Shown: positions 1-10,256, counted from the stretch's first letter. The stretch: 64,000 nt of DNA from Marinobacterium sp. (GCA_018623095.1 JAAZVX010000001.1:7725-71724), one strand, 5' to 3'. Notes: generated by a model from the sequence alone, not told the origin. Made by a program: numbers and translations.

Positions 1-1
1 C

Positions 2-847
2 AAGGCCCCCGTTCTTCTTCTTGAAGGTTGCTTTTCAGAAGATGAGTTAATCACCTGCGAAGAACAGAATTTTTGGCTGGTCTGTCACAGTGACTATCAA
101 ATCGAGTGGCTGACTAAACACCTACTTACCTCAGATTGGCGACCACTTATTTGGTTGAAAATCGATTCAGGTATGCATCGCCTCGGTTTTGATCCAAGTG
201 AGGTACCACGTGTAAAGTCGCAACTTGCTTCGATAGGCGGGCTTCCTGAACCGATATCCATGAGTCACTTTGCGTGCGCCGACCAACCCGATCACCCTCG
301 CAATGAGGTGGCTAAGTCACGATTTGACTCAGTTAAAACAGAGGCGAGCAGTTTTGCCAACTCAGCTGGCATTTTTACGCAAGCAGCGCTTGCTGATAGT
401 TGGCAGAGATTAGGTATTGGTCTCTATGGTGGAACGCCAAGTGAACTCGGTTTGCAGGGTTTGCAGCCTGTTATGAGGCTCAAGACCGCCATCATCGCTT
501 TGCGCGATATCTCTCCCGGCGAATCAGTGGGTTACGGTGCTACGTATACCGCAGAATCCACTCGAAAAATCGCTACGATAGCCATCGGTTATGCCGATGG
601 CTATCCTCGCCAGGCCAGGCAGGGTACCCCAGTTTTAGTGAATGGGGTTGAAGTGCCGATCGTCGGTCGTGTCTCGATGGATATGATTACAGTCGACGTG
701 ACAGAATTGGCGTCAGTATCGGTAGGGGATGAGGTGATCATGTTTAATGATCAGTTGATTGCCGATCGTGTGGCTAAGTGCTGCGATACCATCGATTACA
801 CCCTGTTTGCAGGACTAACGGCGCGGGTACCGAGGCGGTACGTGTGA
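2..847 (+). CDS. alr: alanine racemase (5' partial; reading frame open to window edge)
   Basis: Frame +2 is open from base 2 (KAPVLLLEGCF...WLKIDSGMHRLG). Motifs MSHFACAD, GYGATY, IGYADGYPR and IVGRVSMDMITVD are typical of Alr. Confidence 0.95.
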   Translation, partial: KAPVLLLEGCFSEDELITCEEQNFWLVCHSDYQIEWLTKHLLTSDWRPLIWLKIDSGMHRLGFDPSEVPRVKSQLASIGGLPEPISMSHFACADQPDHPRNEVAKSRFDSVKTEASSFANSAGIFTQAALADSWQRLGIGLYGGTPSELGLQGLQPVMRLKTAIIALRDISPGESVGYGATYTAESTRKIATIAIGYADGYPRQARQGTPVLVNGVEVPIVGRVSMDMITVDVTELASVSVGDEVIMFNDQLIADRVAKCCDTIDYTLFAGLTARVPRRYV

Positions 848-892
848 TGGCTGGGTTTTACGTTTAACCCTTTGGAAATCGCTTAGAGTGAA

Positions 893-915
893 GGGTCAGA
901 CCAGAGGTCAGACCC
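893..915. repeat. REP-like palindrome, copy 1 (gggtcAgacc-aga-ggtcAgaccc)
   Basis: Inverted repeat with an internal A.A mismatch between convergent alr and DUF2058 genes; related copy at 47864-47888. Confidence 0.55.
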
Positions 916-937
916 CACTTTCAAATTGCGCTCTCAA

Positions 938-1495
938 TTACCACATCAAATCATCAGGAATCGCGTAATCCGCATAAGGGTCATCCTCATCACTGGCTTG
1001 CTGATCAATGGATAGTGGAATAATCCGTTCCGGACGACGCTGTTCAATTCGCTCTGCAACGACAGCAGGTACTAATGCGTAACCCTCGCCGAGCTTTGCA
1101 ACGCGTATCTGCGCACGAGTGAGCGGCTGAAACATCGGCTCATCAATGTAGATATGTTTAATCGTTTTGCCGTCGGCGAACTGATATCGAGTCTCTGCTC
1201 TATCTGAAACAGTGATCTGGTGGTGCTCAATCAGCTGTTTCACTTGAGCGTCAATTGCTCTTTCTGCCTGTTCAGCATCACGTGCTTCGTTAAGAGCGCG
1301 ATCTTGGGCCGCTTTTTGCTCGCGTTTGGCTTGAATCTCAGCTTGCTGTTTGGCCTTTTCGGCAGCGACCTCATCAGGTGACTGCTTTCTCTTTTTACGC
1401 TTCTCAATCGTCGCCTTTTTGGCTTGTTGTTTGTTAGCAAGGCCCGCATTTAACAATTGGTCCTGAAGTGATCCCGCCATGACACCTGTTTCCAT
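938..1495 (-). CDS. DUF2058 (YaiL-like) family protein
   Basis: N-terminal SLQDQLLNAGL, charged coiled coil and C-terminal DDPYADYAIPDDLMW are characteristic of DUF2058. The true start may be the internal Met (MAGSLQ). Confidence 0.85.
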   Translation of the reverse strand: METGVMAGSLQDQLLNAGLANKQQAKKATIEKRKKRKQSPDEVAAEKAKQQAEIQAKREQKAAQDRALNEARDAEQAERAIDAQVKQLIEHHQITVSDRAETRYQFADGKTIKHIYIDEPMFQPLTRAQIRVAKLGEGYALVPAVVAERIEQRRPERIIPLSIDQQASDEDDPYADYAIPDDLMW

Positions 1496-1538
1496 AAGTT
1501 CTAGAATGCGCGGAGTTTAACATAGCTTTCTTGTTGAG

Positions 1539-2159
1539 GTGTTTGTGAATTTAGTTGAGTGGTTAACCCTAGTAACTGTTTGTACTTTGGGGGCTGTCTC
1601 GCCTGGTCCTAGTCTATTAGTGGTTGTTAACCAAGCGTTAAATTGGTCACGAGTGCATGGATTTCTGACAGCTATATCACACGGTTTAATGGTCGGTGGA
1701 TGGGCTCTATTGACGGTTATCGGGTTAAGTCAGCTACTGGCTCGTTTGCCTTGGATTGAGGTGGGTTTGACCGTTGTCGCAGCTCTTTATCTACTGAATA
1801 TGGCGCGCAGCGCTTGGCAGGGTGGATCGATGCAGATTGCGCCTGAAGAGCGAGCGAGAACCAGTTATTGGGGGGCGATTCGTGATGGAGCAGTCATAGC
1901 GACCTTCAATCCTAAGTTAATGCTCTTTTTTATTGCAATTTTTACACCCTTTGTTGGTTCTGATTCGACTTTTGAAACACAAGTTCTGCTGGTCGTGACA
2001 CCTTGGGTCACTGATACACTCTGGTACATCATTGTGGCCATGCTGTTAAGTACTCGAAAAAGTCTGGCCCTTTTAGAACGACATGAGCAAGGTATTAACA
2101 GAGGTATGGCGGTCGCATTGACGCTCTTGGCTGGCGTGATGCTTTCTGGTCTGCTGTAA
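1539..2159 (+). CDS. LysE family translocator
   Basis: SPGPS motif near the N-terminus, FNPK motif, about 6 hydrophobic segments, 206 aa. Confidence 0.85.
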   Translation: MFVNLVEWLTLVTVCTLGAVSPGPSLLVVVNQALNWSRVHGFLTAISHGLMVGGWALLTVIGLSQLLARLPWIEVGLTVVAALYLLNMARSAWQGGSMQIAPEERARTSYWGAIRDGAVIATFNPKLMLFFIAIFTPFVGSDSTFETQVLLVVTPWVTDTLWYIIVAMLLSTRKSLALLERHEQGINRGMAVALTLLAGVMLSGLL

Positions 2160-2165
2160 CTTCAT

Positions 2166-2194
2166 TTGCATTAGCCTAGCGGGGTGCTTATACT
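2166..2194 (+). promoter_or_regulatory. sigma70 promoter of ffs
   Basis: TTGCAT (2166-2171), 17 bp spacer, TATACT (2189-2194), followed by a GC-rich discriminator (tcgcgc) as in stable-RNA promoters. Confidence 0.7.
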
Positions 2195-2222
2195 TCGCGC
2201 TCCTCATTTGAGGTGTTTTTGT

Positions 2223-2332
2223 GGTGGCTCCATTGGTCCTCCCGCAATGATAAACCGTGAACCTGGTCAGGCCCGGAAGGGAGCAGCCACAGCGGTGGAT
2301 TCATGTGCCGGGATGTGGCTGGTGGGGCCATC
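2223..2332 (+). ncRNA. ffs: signal recognition particle 4.5S RNA
   Basis: Conserved core GGTCAGGCCCGGAAGGGAGCAGCC with GGAA tetraloop; terminal stem ggtggctcc/ggggccatc; canonical position upstream of dnaX. Confidence 0.92.
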
Positions 2333-2425
2333 TCCATTTCTGGCAAAAATTCCCGCTGTTTGACTCTCCCTCATCCCTGATAAATGTTAGTATCGGGTTA
2401 AAGTTTCTCGACCACTGAGGATAGG

Positions 2426-4444
2426 ATGAGTTATCAGGTTTTAGCCCGTAAATGGCGCCCCCGTCGTTTCATCGAAACGGTAGGGCAGGAGCATGTTCTT
2501 AAGGCGCTTGTAAATGCGCTTGACGAGAACCGTTTGCACCACGCTTATCTGTTTACCGGTACTAGGGGTGTCGGTAAAACCTCCATTGCACGTCTGTTTG
2601 CTAAAGCGCTGAACTGCCAAGAGGGCGTCAGCTCAGAGCCATGTGGTCGTTGTAGTTCATGTATCGAAATTGCTGAAGGCCGCTTTGTTGATCTGATTGA
2701 GGTCGATGCGGCGTCGCGCACCAAGGTTGAAGATACCCGTGAACTATTAGAGAACGTTCAATACGCTCCGACTCAAGGTCGTTACAAAGTTTATCTGATA
2801 GACGAGGTTCACATGTTATCGACCTCGTCATTCAATGCGTTGCTGAAAACGTTGGAAGAACCCCCTCCGCACGTTAAGTTCTTATTAGCCACGACTGATC
2901 CGCAGAAACTACCAGTCACCATTTTGAGTCGTTGTCTTCAGTTCAATCTGAAGAACATGGCGCCAGAAAAGATTGTCTCTCATCTACAGTTTGTTCTCGG
3001 TGAAGAGTCCATTCCATTTGATGACGCATCACTCTGGCTAATTGCACGTTCAGCCGATGGTTCAATGCGTGATGCGCTCTCTTTGACCGATCAGGCCATC
3101 GCTTTTGGGTCTGGATCACTAAGCGAAGATGATGTGCGTGCCATGTTGGGTACTATTGATCATCGATTGGTGTTTGATCTGCTTGATGCGATTGTGGCCG
3201 GTGACGGTAAAGCAACTATCGATCGTGTGGCTGCCATGGCTGAATTTTCACCCGATTTCTCAGGCGTGTTAGCTGAGATGATCTCTATTCTCCATCGTGT
3301 TGCGCTTGCTCAAGTGGTGCCGAGTGCGATCGATAATAGCTTAGGCGATCAGGCTCAGGTTCAAGCGCTTGCAGCTAAGGTGCGTGCTGAAGAGGTGCAG
3401 CTTTATTACCAGATCGCATTAACGGGGCGTCGCGATTTGCCAATGTCTCCTAACCCTCGTGAAGCGCTAGAGATGTGTATGTTACGCATGCTTGCATTCC
3501 GCCCGGTTGATCAACGTCCCATCGATGCGCAGCCAGTGCAGCCTTTAGAAGGGACTCAGCCTGTCGTAAGCGAGACTGTACCCCAGCCAGTTGTTGAGAG
3601 TTCGCCTGTCAAACCTGCTATTGAAACGACTGCTGAGCCAGTTATTAAACAGCCGAACGAGCCTCAAACTACACCACTCCCTCCGCAACCAGATCGGGCT
3701 GTGGACAATGATCCACCTCCCTGGGAGGAGATACCTGCTGAGGCTTACGCAGAGCAGGAGCCTTCTGCAAAAAAGTCTGAAGCGGACTCTATGGAGGCCG
3801 TATCGGCTCCGTTGGAGTCCGCTACGGTTGTGCAATCTGAGCCATCATCGCCATCGGAGCTCATTGAAGAGTCAGCTACTCAATCCGTTGAATCAAACGA
3901 CAGTGCGATTGATCTGTTCGGTGAAGAGACACCGTTAGCGACCTACGATAAGCCTGATGAGAACGCTGTTGCTGAAGAGTCTAAGCCTGTTGAACAGGTT
4001 GAACAGGTTGAACAGGCTAATAATCCCGTAGCAAAATCGATTACGCTCTCTAATGTTGCTTTAGAGGATTGGGTGCATTTAATTGCTCAACTGGACCTTA
4101 CCGGTATGACAGAGAGCTTGGCAAAGGCGATGTCCTTGGAATCACTCCAGGGTAATCGGATGGTCTTGCACTACACCGCAGAACAAGAGGCGCTGTTCAA
4201 TGATCAACACCAACAGCGTATCACCGATGCCATTACCGCATTTTTCCAAGAGCCGATATCGGTCGATTTTAAGTTGGCTGAACAGACACGAGAAACGCCG
4301 GTGAACTACCGCATTCGCCGTGCTGAAGAGCGACGGATAGCGGCGGTAAGGCATTTGAAACAAGATCCCAATGTGGAAAGATTAATTGAGATGTTCGACG
4401 GTCAGTTAGATGAGCTTTCCGTTGAGCCTTTAGAGATAGAGTGA
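2426..4444 (+). CDS. dnaX: DNA polymerase III subunit tau (and gamma by -1 frameshift)
   Basis: [12 protein letters not shown], Walker [10 protein letters not shown], zinc Cys cluster, DEVHML, SRC motif, Pro/Glu-rich linker and C-terminal domain V. Confidence 0.97.
   Translation: MSYQVLARKWRPRRFIETVGQEHVLKALVNALDENRLHHAYLFTGTRGVGKTSIARLFAKALNCQEGVSSEPCGRCSSCIEIAEGRFVDLIEVDAASRTKVEDTRELLENVQYAPTQGRYKVYLIDEVHMLSTSSFNALLKTLEEPPPHVKFLLATTDPQKLPVTILSRCLQFNLKNMAPEKIVSHLQFVLGEESIPFDDASLWLIARSADGSMRDALSLTDQAIAFGSGSLSEDDVRAMLGTIDHRLVFDLLDAIVAGDGKATIDRVAAMAEFSPDFSGVLAEMISILHRVALAQVVPSAIDNSLGDQAQVQALAAKVRAEEVQLYYQIALTGRRDLPMSPNPREALEMCMLRMLAFRPVDQRPIDAQPVQPLEGTQPVVSETVPQPVVESSPVKPAIETTAEPVIKQPNEPQTTPLPPQPDRAVDNDPPPWEEIPAEAYAEQEPSAKKSEADSMEAVSAPLESATVVQSEPSSPSELIEESATQSVESNDSAIDLFGEETPLATYDKPDENAVAEESKPVEQVEQVEQANNPVAKSITLSNVALEDWVHLIAQLDLTGMTESLAKAMSLESLQGNRMVLHYTAEQEALFNDQHQQRITDAITAFFQEPISVDFKLAEQTRETPVNYRIRRAEERRIAAVRHLKQDPNVERLIEMFDGQLDELSVEPLEIE
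3756..3823 (+). other. programmed -1 ribosomal frameshift element of dnaX
   Basis: AGGAG at 3756-3760; slippery A AAA AAG at 3769-3775 in the correct phase; -1 frame stop TGA at 3778-3780; long stem-loop 3781-3823. Confidence 0.85.
3989..4015 (+). repeat. 9-bp tandem repeat (gttgaacag x3) encoding VEQVEQVEQ in the tau linker
   Basis: Three perfect in-frame copies. Confidence 0.9.
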
Positions 4445-4454
4445 GGTCATAGTT

Positions 4455-4781
4455 ATGATGAAAGGTGGAATGGGCAACCTTATGAAGCAGGCCCAAAAGA
4501 TGCAAGAGGACATGCAGAAAGCGCAAGAGGAGATCGCTCGCGCTGAAGTGACCGGAGAAGCAGGTGCAGGTCTTGTTAGCATCGTTATGAATGGTCGTCA
4601 CGACGTAAAGCGTGTCAGCATCGATGACTCTTTGATGGAAGAGGATAAAGAGATTCTAGAAGATCTGATTGCCGCGGCGGTGAATGATGCGGTGCGTAAA
4701 GTTGAATCTACTAGCCAAGAGCAGATGTCAAAAATCACCCAGGGAATGGGTATGCCACCTGGCTTTAAGATGCCGTTCTAA
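4455..4781 (+). CDS. ybaB: YbaB/EbfC nucleoid-associated protein
   Basis: [17 protein letters not shown]...GEAGAGLV...[11 protein letters not shown]; lies between dnaX and recR. Confidence 0.95.
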   Translation: MMKGGMGNLMKQAQKMQEDMQKAQEEIARAEVTGEAGAGLVSIVMNGRHDVKRVSIDDSLMEEDKEILEDLIAAAVNDAVRKVESTSQEQMSKITQGMGMPPGFKMPF

Positions 4782-4783
4782 TT

Positions 4784-5386
4784 ATGTCATTAACCCCCAA
4801 GCTAGAGTCGTTAATCAGCGCACTGCGCCGCCTACCTGGAGTCGGTCCCAAGACCGCCCAGCGTATGGCACTTCACCTGTTGGAGCGTGATCGTGATGCG
4901 GCCATTCAGATTAGTGGTGCACTTGCCGATGCGGCGCATAACATTGGCGAGTGTGAACAGTGTCACTCGCTCTCTGAACAGACAGTCTGTGATCTCTGCA
5001 ACAATGCCGCGCGTGATCGAAAAACCTTGTGTGTTTTAGAGTCACCGATTGATTTGATGGCGATTGAGCAGACAGGGGGATACGCTGGTCTCTATTTTGT
5101 CTTGGGCGGACACCTTTCGCCGATCGATGGAATAGGGCCAGAAGATTTGAAAATCGATCAGCTATTGGAGCGAGTCTACCAAGGCGAAATTACCGAGCTT
5201 GTGTTGGCAACCAACCCGACGGTAGAGGGTGAAGCGACCGCACACTACATTGCTGAACAGCTGCGTGAAGTTGACGTTAGCATCAGTCGTATTGCACACG
5301 GTGTGCCAGTGGGTGGTGAGCTTGAGTATGTTGATGGCGGTACGTTGGCTCACGCGCTTGCCGGTCGTCGACAGATGGAGCAGTAA
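4784..5386 (+). CDS. recR: recombination mediator RecR
   Basis: Hh[13 protein letters not shown]4 zinc finger, Toprim [29 protein letters not shown]. Confidence 0.97.
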   Translation: MSLTPKLESLISALRRLPGVGPKTAQRMALHLLERDRDAAIQISGALADAAHNIGECEQCHSLSEQTVCDLCNNAARDRKTLCVLESPIDLMAIEQTGGYAGLYFVLGGHLSPIDGIGPEDLKIDQLLERVYQGEITELVLATNPTVEGEATAHYIAEQLREVDVSISRIAHGVPVGGELEYVDGGTLAHALAGRRQMEQ

Positions 5387-5387
5387 G

Positions 5388-6569
5388 TTGATTGATTTTA
5401 GTGGTTACGATTTTCCGAAGCTGAGACAGGCGGCAGAGAGCCCAATCTGGATTGATACCGAAGAGCAACTGGCTCACTACTGCAAGCAGTGGTTAGAAGC
5501 GCCGTTGATTACCTTGGACACCGAGTTCATTCGTACCTCTACGTTCTACGCAAAGCCTGGTCTGATTCAGGTTGCTGATCAACACCGTTGTTATTTAATT
5601 GATCCACTGCCAATAAAGCGCTGGCGCCCATTCAGAGAGTTGCTGGAAGCGCCGCAGGTTCTAAAAGTACTGCACGCCTGTGGCGAAGATGTTGAGTTGT
5701 TTAAACATCGTTACAAAGCCGCGCCGTCACCACTATTTGATACGCAGGTTGCGGCCGCTTTTTGTGGCTGGGGCTTTAGTATGGGGCTGCAGCGCCTTGT
5801 TAAGCATGCGCTGGATATCGACCTAGATAAGGGTGAGACGAAGTCTGACTGGTTGCAGCGCCCATTGACTGACAATCAGACACTCTATGCTGCTTTAGAT
5901 GTCTGTTACCTTGCTGAAATTGCTCAGATGCAGTTTAAAGCGCTCGAACAGCTTGGTCGAACTGATTGGGTCAAAGAGGAGTGTGAAGAGCTGGTTAATG
6001 GTGTCATCGCCAACGAGGCGAATGTAGAGGGTTATTACCGCCGCTTCTCACAACTTTGGAACATTCCGACCCGTAAGTTGGCCGCGCTGCGGGATCTCAC
6101 TATCTGGCGTGAGCGCACCAGTCGTTTGCGAGATAAAGCGCGTAATCGCATCCTTTCGAACCATCAGATTATCGATGTGATTCAACAGTGGCCAAACAGT
6201 CGCGATGGACTTAGAAAAATTGAAGGCTTGCGCTCAGGGAATGTGTGGGATTTTGGTAATGATATTATTCGTTGTCTTAAGAATGCCGATAAGTCAGCTC
6301 AAGAGAATCCACCTGAGCCGATAGAGCAGCCACTAAAATTTAAGTTTCATGCCCACCTCAAAGCCTTGCGTGCCGTGGGTGCAAAAAAAGCCGAAGAGCA
6401 CAATGTTGCGCCTGAGCTTATGTTAAGAAAACGAGATATCGAAGCGTTGATTCGTTCAGGCGTTGAGACTGGTCGCTACGAGTTACCAGATAGCTTGAGC
6501 GGATGGCGTAAACCTTTGATTGGTCAGGCGCTGCTTGATCAGTTAGCAGAACTAAATGAGTCAAACTGA
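5388..6569 (+). CDS. rnd: ribonuclease D
   Basis: DEDDy motifs LDTEF, HACGED, FDTQVAA, YAALDV plus an HRDC domain. The start is placed at TTG 5388 (GGAG 7 nt upstream) rather than at the called 5229, which lies inside recR. Confidence 0.9.
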   Translation: MIDFSGYDFPKLRQAAESPIWIDTEEQLAHYCKQWLEAPLITLDTEFIRTSTFYAKPGLIQVADQHRCYLIDPLPIKRWRPFRELLEAPQVLKVLHACGEDVELFKHRYKAAPSPLFDTQVAAAFCGWGFSMGLQRLVKHALDIDLDKGETKSDWLQRPLTDNQTLYAALDVCYLAEIAQMQFKALEQLGRTDWVKEECEELVNGVIANEANVEGYYRRFSQLWNIPTRKLAALRDLTIWRERTSRLRDKARNRILSNHQIIDVIQQWPNSRDGLRKIEGLRSGNVWDFGNDIIRCLKNADKSAQENPPEPIEQPLKFKFHAHLKALRAVGAKKAEEHNVAPELMLRKRDIEALIRSGVETGRYELPDSLSGWRKPLIGQALLDQLAELNESN

Positions 6570-6856
6570 TGTTAATTTGTTCAATCTATAAAAGTTCAAA
6601 AAAAGATGAGATGTATCTATACGTTGATAAGCGCGAAGGCTTAGAGCGCGTTCCGGATGCCCTCACCGAGATCTTTGGAACGCCTGTTCACTCTATGGAT
6701 ATGCCTCTAACGGCCGAGCGTAAATTGGCGCGCGCTGATACGGCTAAAGTCCTTGAAAGCATACGTGATCAAGGGTTTTACCTACAGATGCCTCCTCCCA
6801 AAGAGGACTACATGCTGGATATCCACATGGATCGTCCTGAGACAGGCGTTCGCTAA
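6569..6856 (+). CDS. ycgL: YcgL domain protein
   Basis: [16 protein letters not shown]...QGFYLQMPP; start overlaps the rnd stop (TGATG). Confidence 0.9.
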   Translation: MLICSIYKSSKKDEMYLYVDKREGLERVPDALTEIFGTPVHSMDMPLTAERKLARADTAKVLESIRDQGFYLQMPPPKEDYMLDIHMDRPETGVR

Positions 6857-7296
6857 TGTCAGAGGTGTTTTGGCGCAGTAAATCACTGGAGCAGATGAGT
6901 CACGATGAGTGGGAGTCGCTCTGTGATGGCTGTGCACTCTGTTGTCTTCACAAGCTAGAGGATGAAGATACCGAAGAGGTCTACTACACCACCGTCGTTT
7001 GTCACCTTCTAAATACCGACAACTGTCAGTGCACGGATTACCCTAATCGGTCAATACGCCAACCCAGTTGTGTCAAACTGCATCCCAAAGATGTGAAAGA
7101 GTCTCACTGGCTACCGCAAAGCTGTGCCTACCGCCTGATCTATGAGGGGCATGAACTCCCGCAATGGCATCCGTTGGTCAGCGGTAATCAGCGCAGTGTC
7201 ATCGAAGCGAACGCCTCTGTCTTGAGCTACTACGAAGTCAAAGATAATGAAATCACAGAAGATGAATTCATCGATTACGTGATTGAGCCAGAGTAG
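6856..7296 (+). CDS. ycgN: YcgN/UPF0260 cysteine-cluster protein
   Basis: [18 protein letters not shown] CxxCxxCC motif; WLPQSCAYR. Confidence 0.9.
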   Translation: MSEVFWRSKSLEQMSHDEWESLCDGCALCCLHKLEDEDTEEVYYTTVVCHLLNTDNCQCTDYPNRSIRQPSCVKLHPKDVKESHWLPQSCAYRLIYEGHELPQWHPLVSGNQRSVIEANASVLSYYEVKDNEITEDEFIDYVIEPE

Positions 7297-7318
7297 GCTG
7301 CATTTAAAAGAAATCACT

Positions 7319-7576
7319 ATGTCTCAATTTAAGTGTGCCAATCTATGGCAGATGAAACGGGGTATTCAAACTATTATTGAAGGGTTCAACCCTGCTTTGG
7401 ATGCCTCTGTGAAAGCGCGATTGAAAGAGTTAGGGTTCCATCAAGGTGCACGCGTTTTATGCACACAAGCCCCTCGATTGGGCGCTCCTAAATTGTATAA
7501 AGTGGGTAACGCAGTCTACTCACTTGAAAAGACAATCGCAGAGTGTGTGATTGCACATCCGGTCACGTCTGAATAA
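7319..7576 (+). CDS. feoA: ferrous iron transport protein A
   Basis: RLKELGF and APRLGAP SH3-like FeoA motifs; directly upstream of feoB. The start is placed at ATG 7319. Confidence 0.8.
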   Translation: MSQFKCANLWQMKRGIQTIIEGFNPALDASVKARLKELGFHQGARVLCTQAPRLGAPKLYKVGNAVYSLEKTIAECVIAHPVTSE

Positions 7577-9414
7577 TGAAACAACTCTTACTTGTCGGGA
7601 GTCCCAACTCTGGAAAATCAATGCTGTTCAATCGTTTAACCGGTATGAATCAGCGAGTGGCGAACTTTCCTGGAATCACAGTCGATACCTCAACTGGCCC
7701 AGCGGTAGGCCGATCAGACCTATTGGTGGTTGATTTTCCTGGCGCTTACTCTTTAACCCCTCTGTCCGGTGAAGAGCAGGTTGCCGTTGATGCCTTTTAC
7801 AAACTGTTGGACGTTCCTGTTGGTCACATAGAAGCCGTTGTTTGTGTTGTCGATGCGACCCGTATGGAGAAAGGTCTGGTATTTGCCTTGCAGGTCAGGG
7901 AAGCCTGTCGACGTGCGGGTCACCCCGTGATGATTGTGACCAATATGCATGATGTTCTAGAGCGTCATAATCAGAGCGTCGATGTTGAAGGATTATCGCA
8001 ACGCTTGGATCTGCCTGTCATTCCTATCTCTGCAAAGAGCGGTGCGGGCGTCGATCAAATCATTACACGCTCAGGGCATGGGATAGAGGTTCCCAAGAGT
8101 GAGTTGAAAGAGGATCTGATTGCGTTTGACTCTTCTGCGTTTCGCAATCTAGCGGAATCGTTGGCAAATGAGTTTGGACCCCAAGGGGACTACCTGCTTC
8201 TGGTTCATAATCGAGTGGATCAATTCTTCCTCAGTACCCTGACGGGCGGTCTGAGTTTTCTGTTGATCATGTTTTTACTATTCCAAGCGATATTTAGTTG
8301 GGCCGCTCCTTTGATGGATGGCGTAGAGTCACTCATTGGACTCACGGCAGACTCTGTGTTGCCTCTGATACCAAGCGGTATGCTGCATGACTTTGTCAAA
8401 GATGCTCTGTTTGGCGGGTTGGGTGCTTTTTTGGTGTTTGTACCTCAGATTTTCATTCTGACATTGATCGTCGGTTTTATGGAGGACTCAGGGTACCTCG
8501 CTAGGGCTGCTGTCATCTGCCACAGACCGCTTCGCGCATTTGGTTTAACCGGTAAAAGTTTCGTGCCCATGTTATCGGGTGTCGCCTGTGCGATTCCAGG
8601 TATCTATGCGGCACGAACCATCGAATCCCCGAGGCGTCGCTGGTTAACCTACTTTGCCATTCCGCTTATGCCTTGTTCGGCTCGACTACCTGTCTATGGG
8701 CTTCTTATTGTCGCGTTTATTCCCAATGAGTCACTTCTAGGTGGTGCAGTAGGGTTGCAAGGTCTGGCCATGTTGGCGATCTATCTATTCGGAATCGTTA
8801 TGGCCCTTTTGGTCGTGTCGTTGATCTCCAGAGTAAAGGTAGGTAAGGGGAGTGATCTCCCTTTTGTACTCGAGATGCCTCCCTATCGTCTACCGGGTGC
8901 AAAAACTTTAGGCCAGTTGGCGTGGTCCCGCAGTGGTGATTTTGTGAAACGTGCAGGTCCCGTGATCTTCTGGGTCAGTGTGGTGGTTTGGGTGTTAGGC
9001 TACTTCCCTAATCAGGGAGCTAATTTGGGTGAGTCCTGGTTGGGGGCTATTGGTAAATTCATAGCGCCTATCTTTGAACCCATCGGCCTTGATTGGAAGT
9101 ACGGTGTTGCCATTATCGCGTCGTTCCTAGCGCGTGAGGTCTTTGTCGGCACACTGGGTACACTCTATGGTATTGAAGGTGCCGAGGAGGAGTTTACATC
9201 CTTGGCTCAACAGATTCAGGATTCGGGCATCTCTTTGGCTTCTGGGGTCGCTCTGTTTGTCTTCTTCGCCATTGCTGCGCAGTGCGTCTCAACACTTGCA
9301 ACGTTGCGCAGGGAGAGCGGTAGCTGGTCGCTGCCGGCCGGTCTGTTCGTTGGTTATGGTGTTTTGGCTTACAGCTTGGCTTTGATGGCCTTTACTCTGA
9401 TAGTTGGCGATTAG
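7576..9414 (+). CDS. feoB: ferrous iron transport protein B
   Basis: G1 GSPNSGKS, G2 NFPGITVD, G3 DFPG, G4 NMHD; membrane domain with MEDSGYLARAA, CSARLP, FVLEMPPYRLP and SFLAREVFV. Confidence 0.95.
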   Translation: MKQLLLVGSPNSGKSMLFNRLTGMNQRVANFPGITVDTSTGPAVGRSDLLVVDFPGAYSLTPLSGEEQVAVDAFYKLLDVPVGHIEAVVCVVDATRMEKGLVFALQVREACRRAGHPVMIVTNMHDVLERHNQSVDVEGLSQRLDLPVIPISAKSGAGVDQIITRSGHGIEVPKSELKEDLIAFDSSAFRNLAESLANEFGPQGDYLLLVHNRVDQFFLSTLTGGLSFLLIMFLLFQAIFSWAAPLMDGVESLIGLTADSVLPLIPSGMLHDFVKDALFGGLGAFLVFVPQIFILTLIVGFMEDSGYLARAAVICHRPLRAFGLTGKSFVPMLSGVACAIPGIYAARTIESPRRRWLTYFAIPLMPCSARLPVYGLLIVAFIPNESLLGGAVGLQGLAMLAIYLFGIVMALLVVSLISRVKVGKGSDLPFVLEMPPYRLPGAKTLGQLAWSRSGDFVKRAGPVIFWVSVVVWVLGYFPNQGANLGESWLGAIGKFIAPIFEPIGLDWKYGVAIIASFLAREVFVGTLGTLYGIEGAEEEFTSLAQQIQDSGISLASGVALFVFFAIAAQCVSTLATLRRESGSWSLPAGLFVGYGVLAYSLALMAFTLIVGD

Positions 9415-10189
9415 AGACTGGATTACTTCCTGGACAGTGAATGACTACATCATTTTGAATTAAAAGATTGGCGAACTGATCATCGGGGCAGTCATTCGTA
9501 AACAGTCTTGATATGTCTTTGATGTGTCCAAGTTTCACCATGGGTGTTCTACCAAATTTGGAGTTGTCGCTACAAAGCAGTACTTCAGAGGCATTGGCTA
9601 TGATGGCTTGTGAAACTTTAACTTCCCTAAGGTCGTAATCAAGCAGGGTGCCATCCGGTTGAATGCCACTTATACCAATGATTGCATACTCCATCTGAAA
9701 GGTATTTATAAGATCTGTCGCGGGAGAGCCGACAATACCTCCATCACTGTTTCGAACTTCGCCGCCTGCAACAATGACTGTGAAGTCACTCTTTGAGGAT
9801 AATGTAACAGCGACATTTAAATTGTTGGTCACTACGGTCAAATTTTGTTTGCTCAACAGCGCTTCTGCGACCGCTTCTGTTGTAGTACCGATATTTATAA
9901 AGAGGGATGCGCCATCGGGAATATAATCAGAAACCAGTTTTGCAATAGTTTGTTTAGCATCCGAATTCACACTCTTACGAGTTTTATAAGAGCTATTTGT
10001 TGTACTGTTCTCAACTGCACCAACGCCGCCATGATAACGTTTTACACGACCTTCCATTTCCAATTGAGTGACATCACGTCTTATAGTTTGGGGCGTCACT
10101 TTAAGTGATGAAGTGAGCTCATCTATAGTGACAAAATCGTTTTCAGCGATCTTATCCAATATGAATTCAAATCTATGATGTTGGCGCAT
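9392..10189 (-). CDS. glpR: glycerol-3-phosphate regulon repressor (DeoR family)
   Basis: HTH VTPQTIRRD, INIGTTTE, TNNLNVA, GISGI..DGTLLDYD; adjacent to glpD. Confidence 0.88.
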   Translation of the reverse strand: MRQHHRFEFILDKIAENDFVTIDELTSSLKVTPQTIRRDVTQLEMEGRVKRYHGGVGAVENSTTNSSYKTRKSVNSDAKQTIAKLVSDYIPDGASLFINIGTTTEAVAEALLSKQNLTVVTNNLNVAVTLSSKSDFTVIVAGGEVRNSDGGIVGSPATDLINTFQMEYAIIGISGIQPDGTLLDYDLREVKVSQAIIANASEVLLCSDNSKFGRTPMVKLGHIKDISRLFTNDCPDDQFANLLIQNDVVIHCPGSNPVSNRQLSE

Positions 10190-10256
10190 CTAACATTCCA
10201 CATTCGTCTGTTTTATTATCATAGTCATATATCGGGCTGATAGCTATTGGGCTTTT

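Noticed and set aside
2202-2220. Tiny hairpin plus T-run before the SRP RNA as an attenuator
   Set aside because: The stem is only 4-5 bp. It is better explained as the roughly 22-nt precursor leader removed during 4.5S RNA maturation.
5229-5387. N-terminal extension of the 446-aa rnd ORF
   Set aside because: It lies inside recR in another frame. RNase D similarity begins after the recR stop, where a TTG with a GGAG SD is present.
7243-7261. Possible Fur box (gataatgaaatcacagaag) upstream of feoA
   Set aside because: Only the first 8 nt match, the second half is not palindromic, and it lies in ycgN coding sequence.
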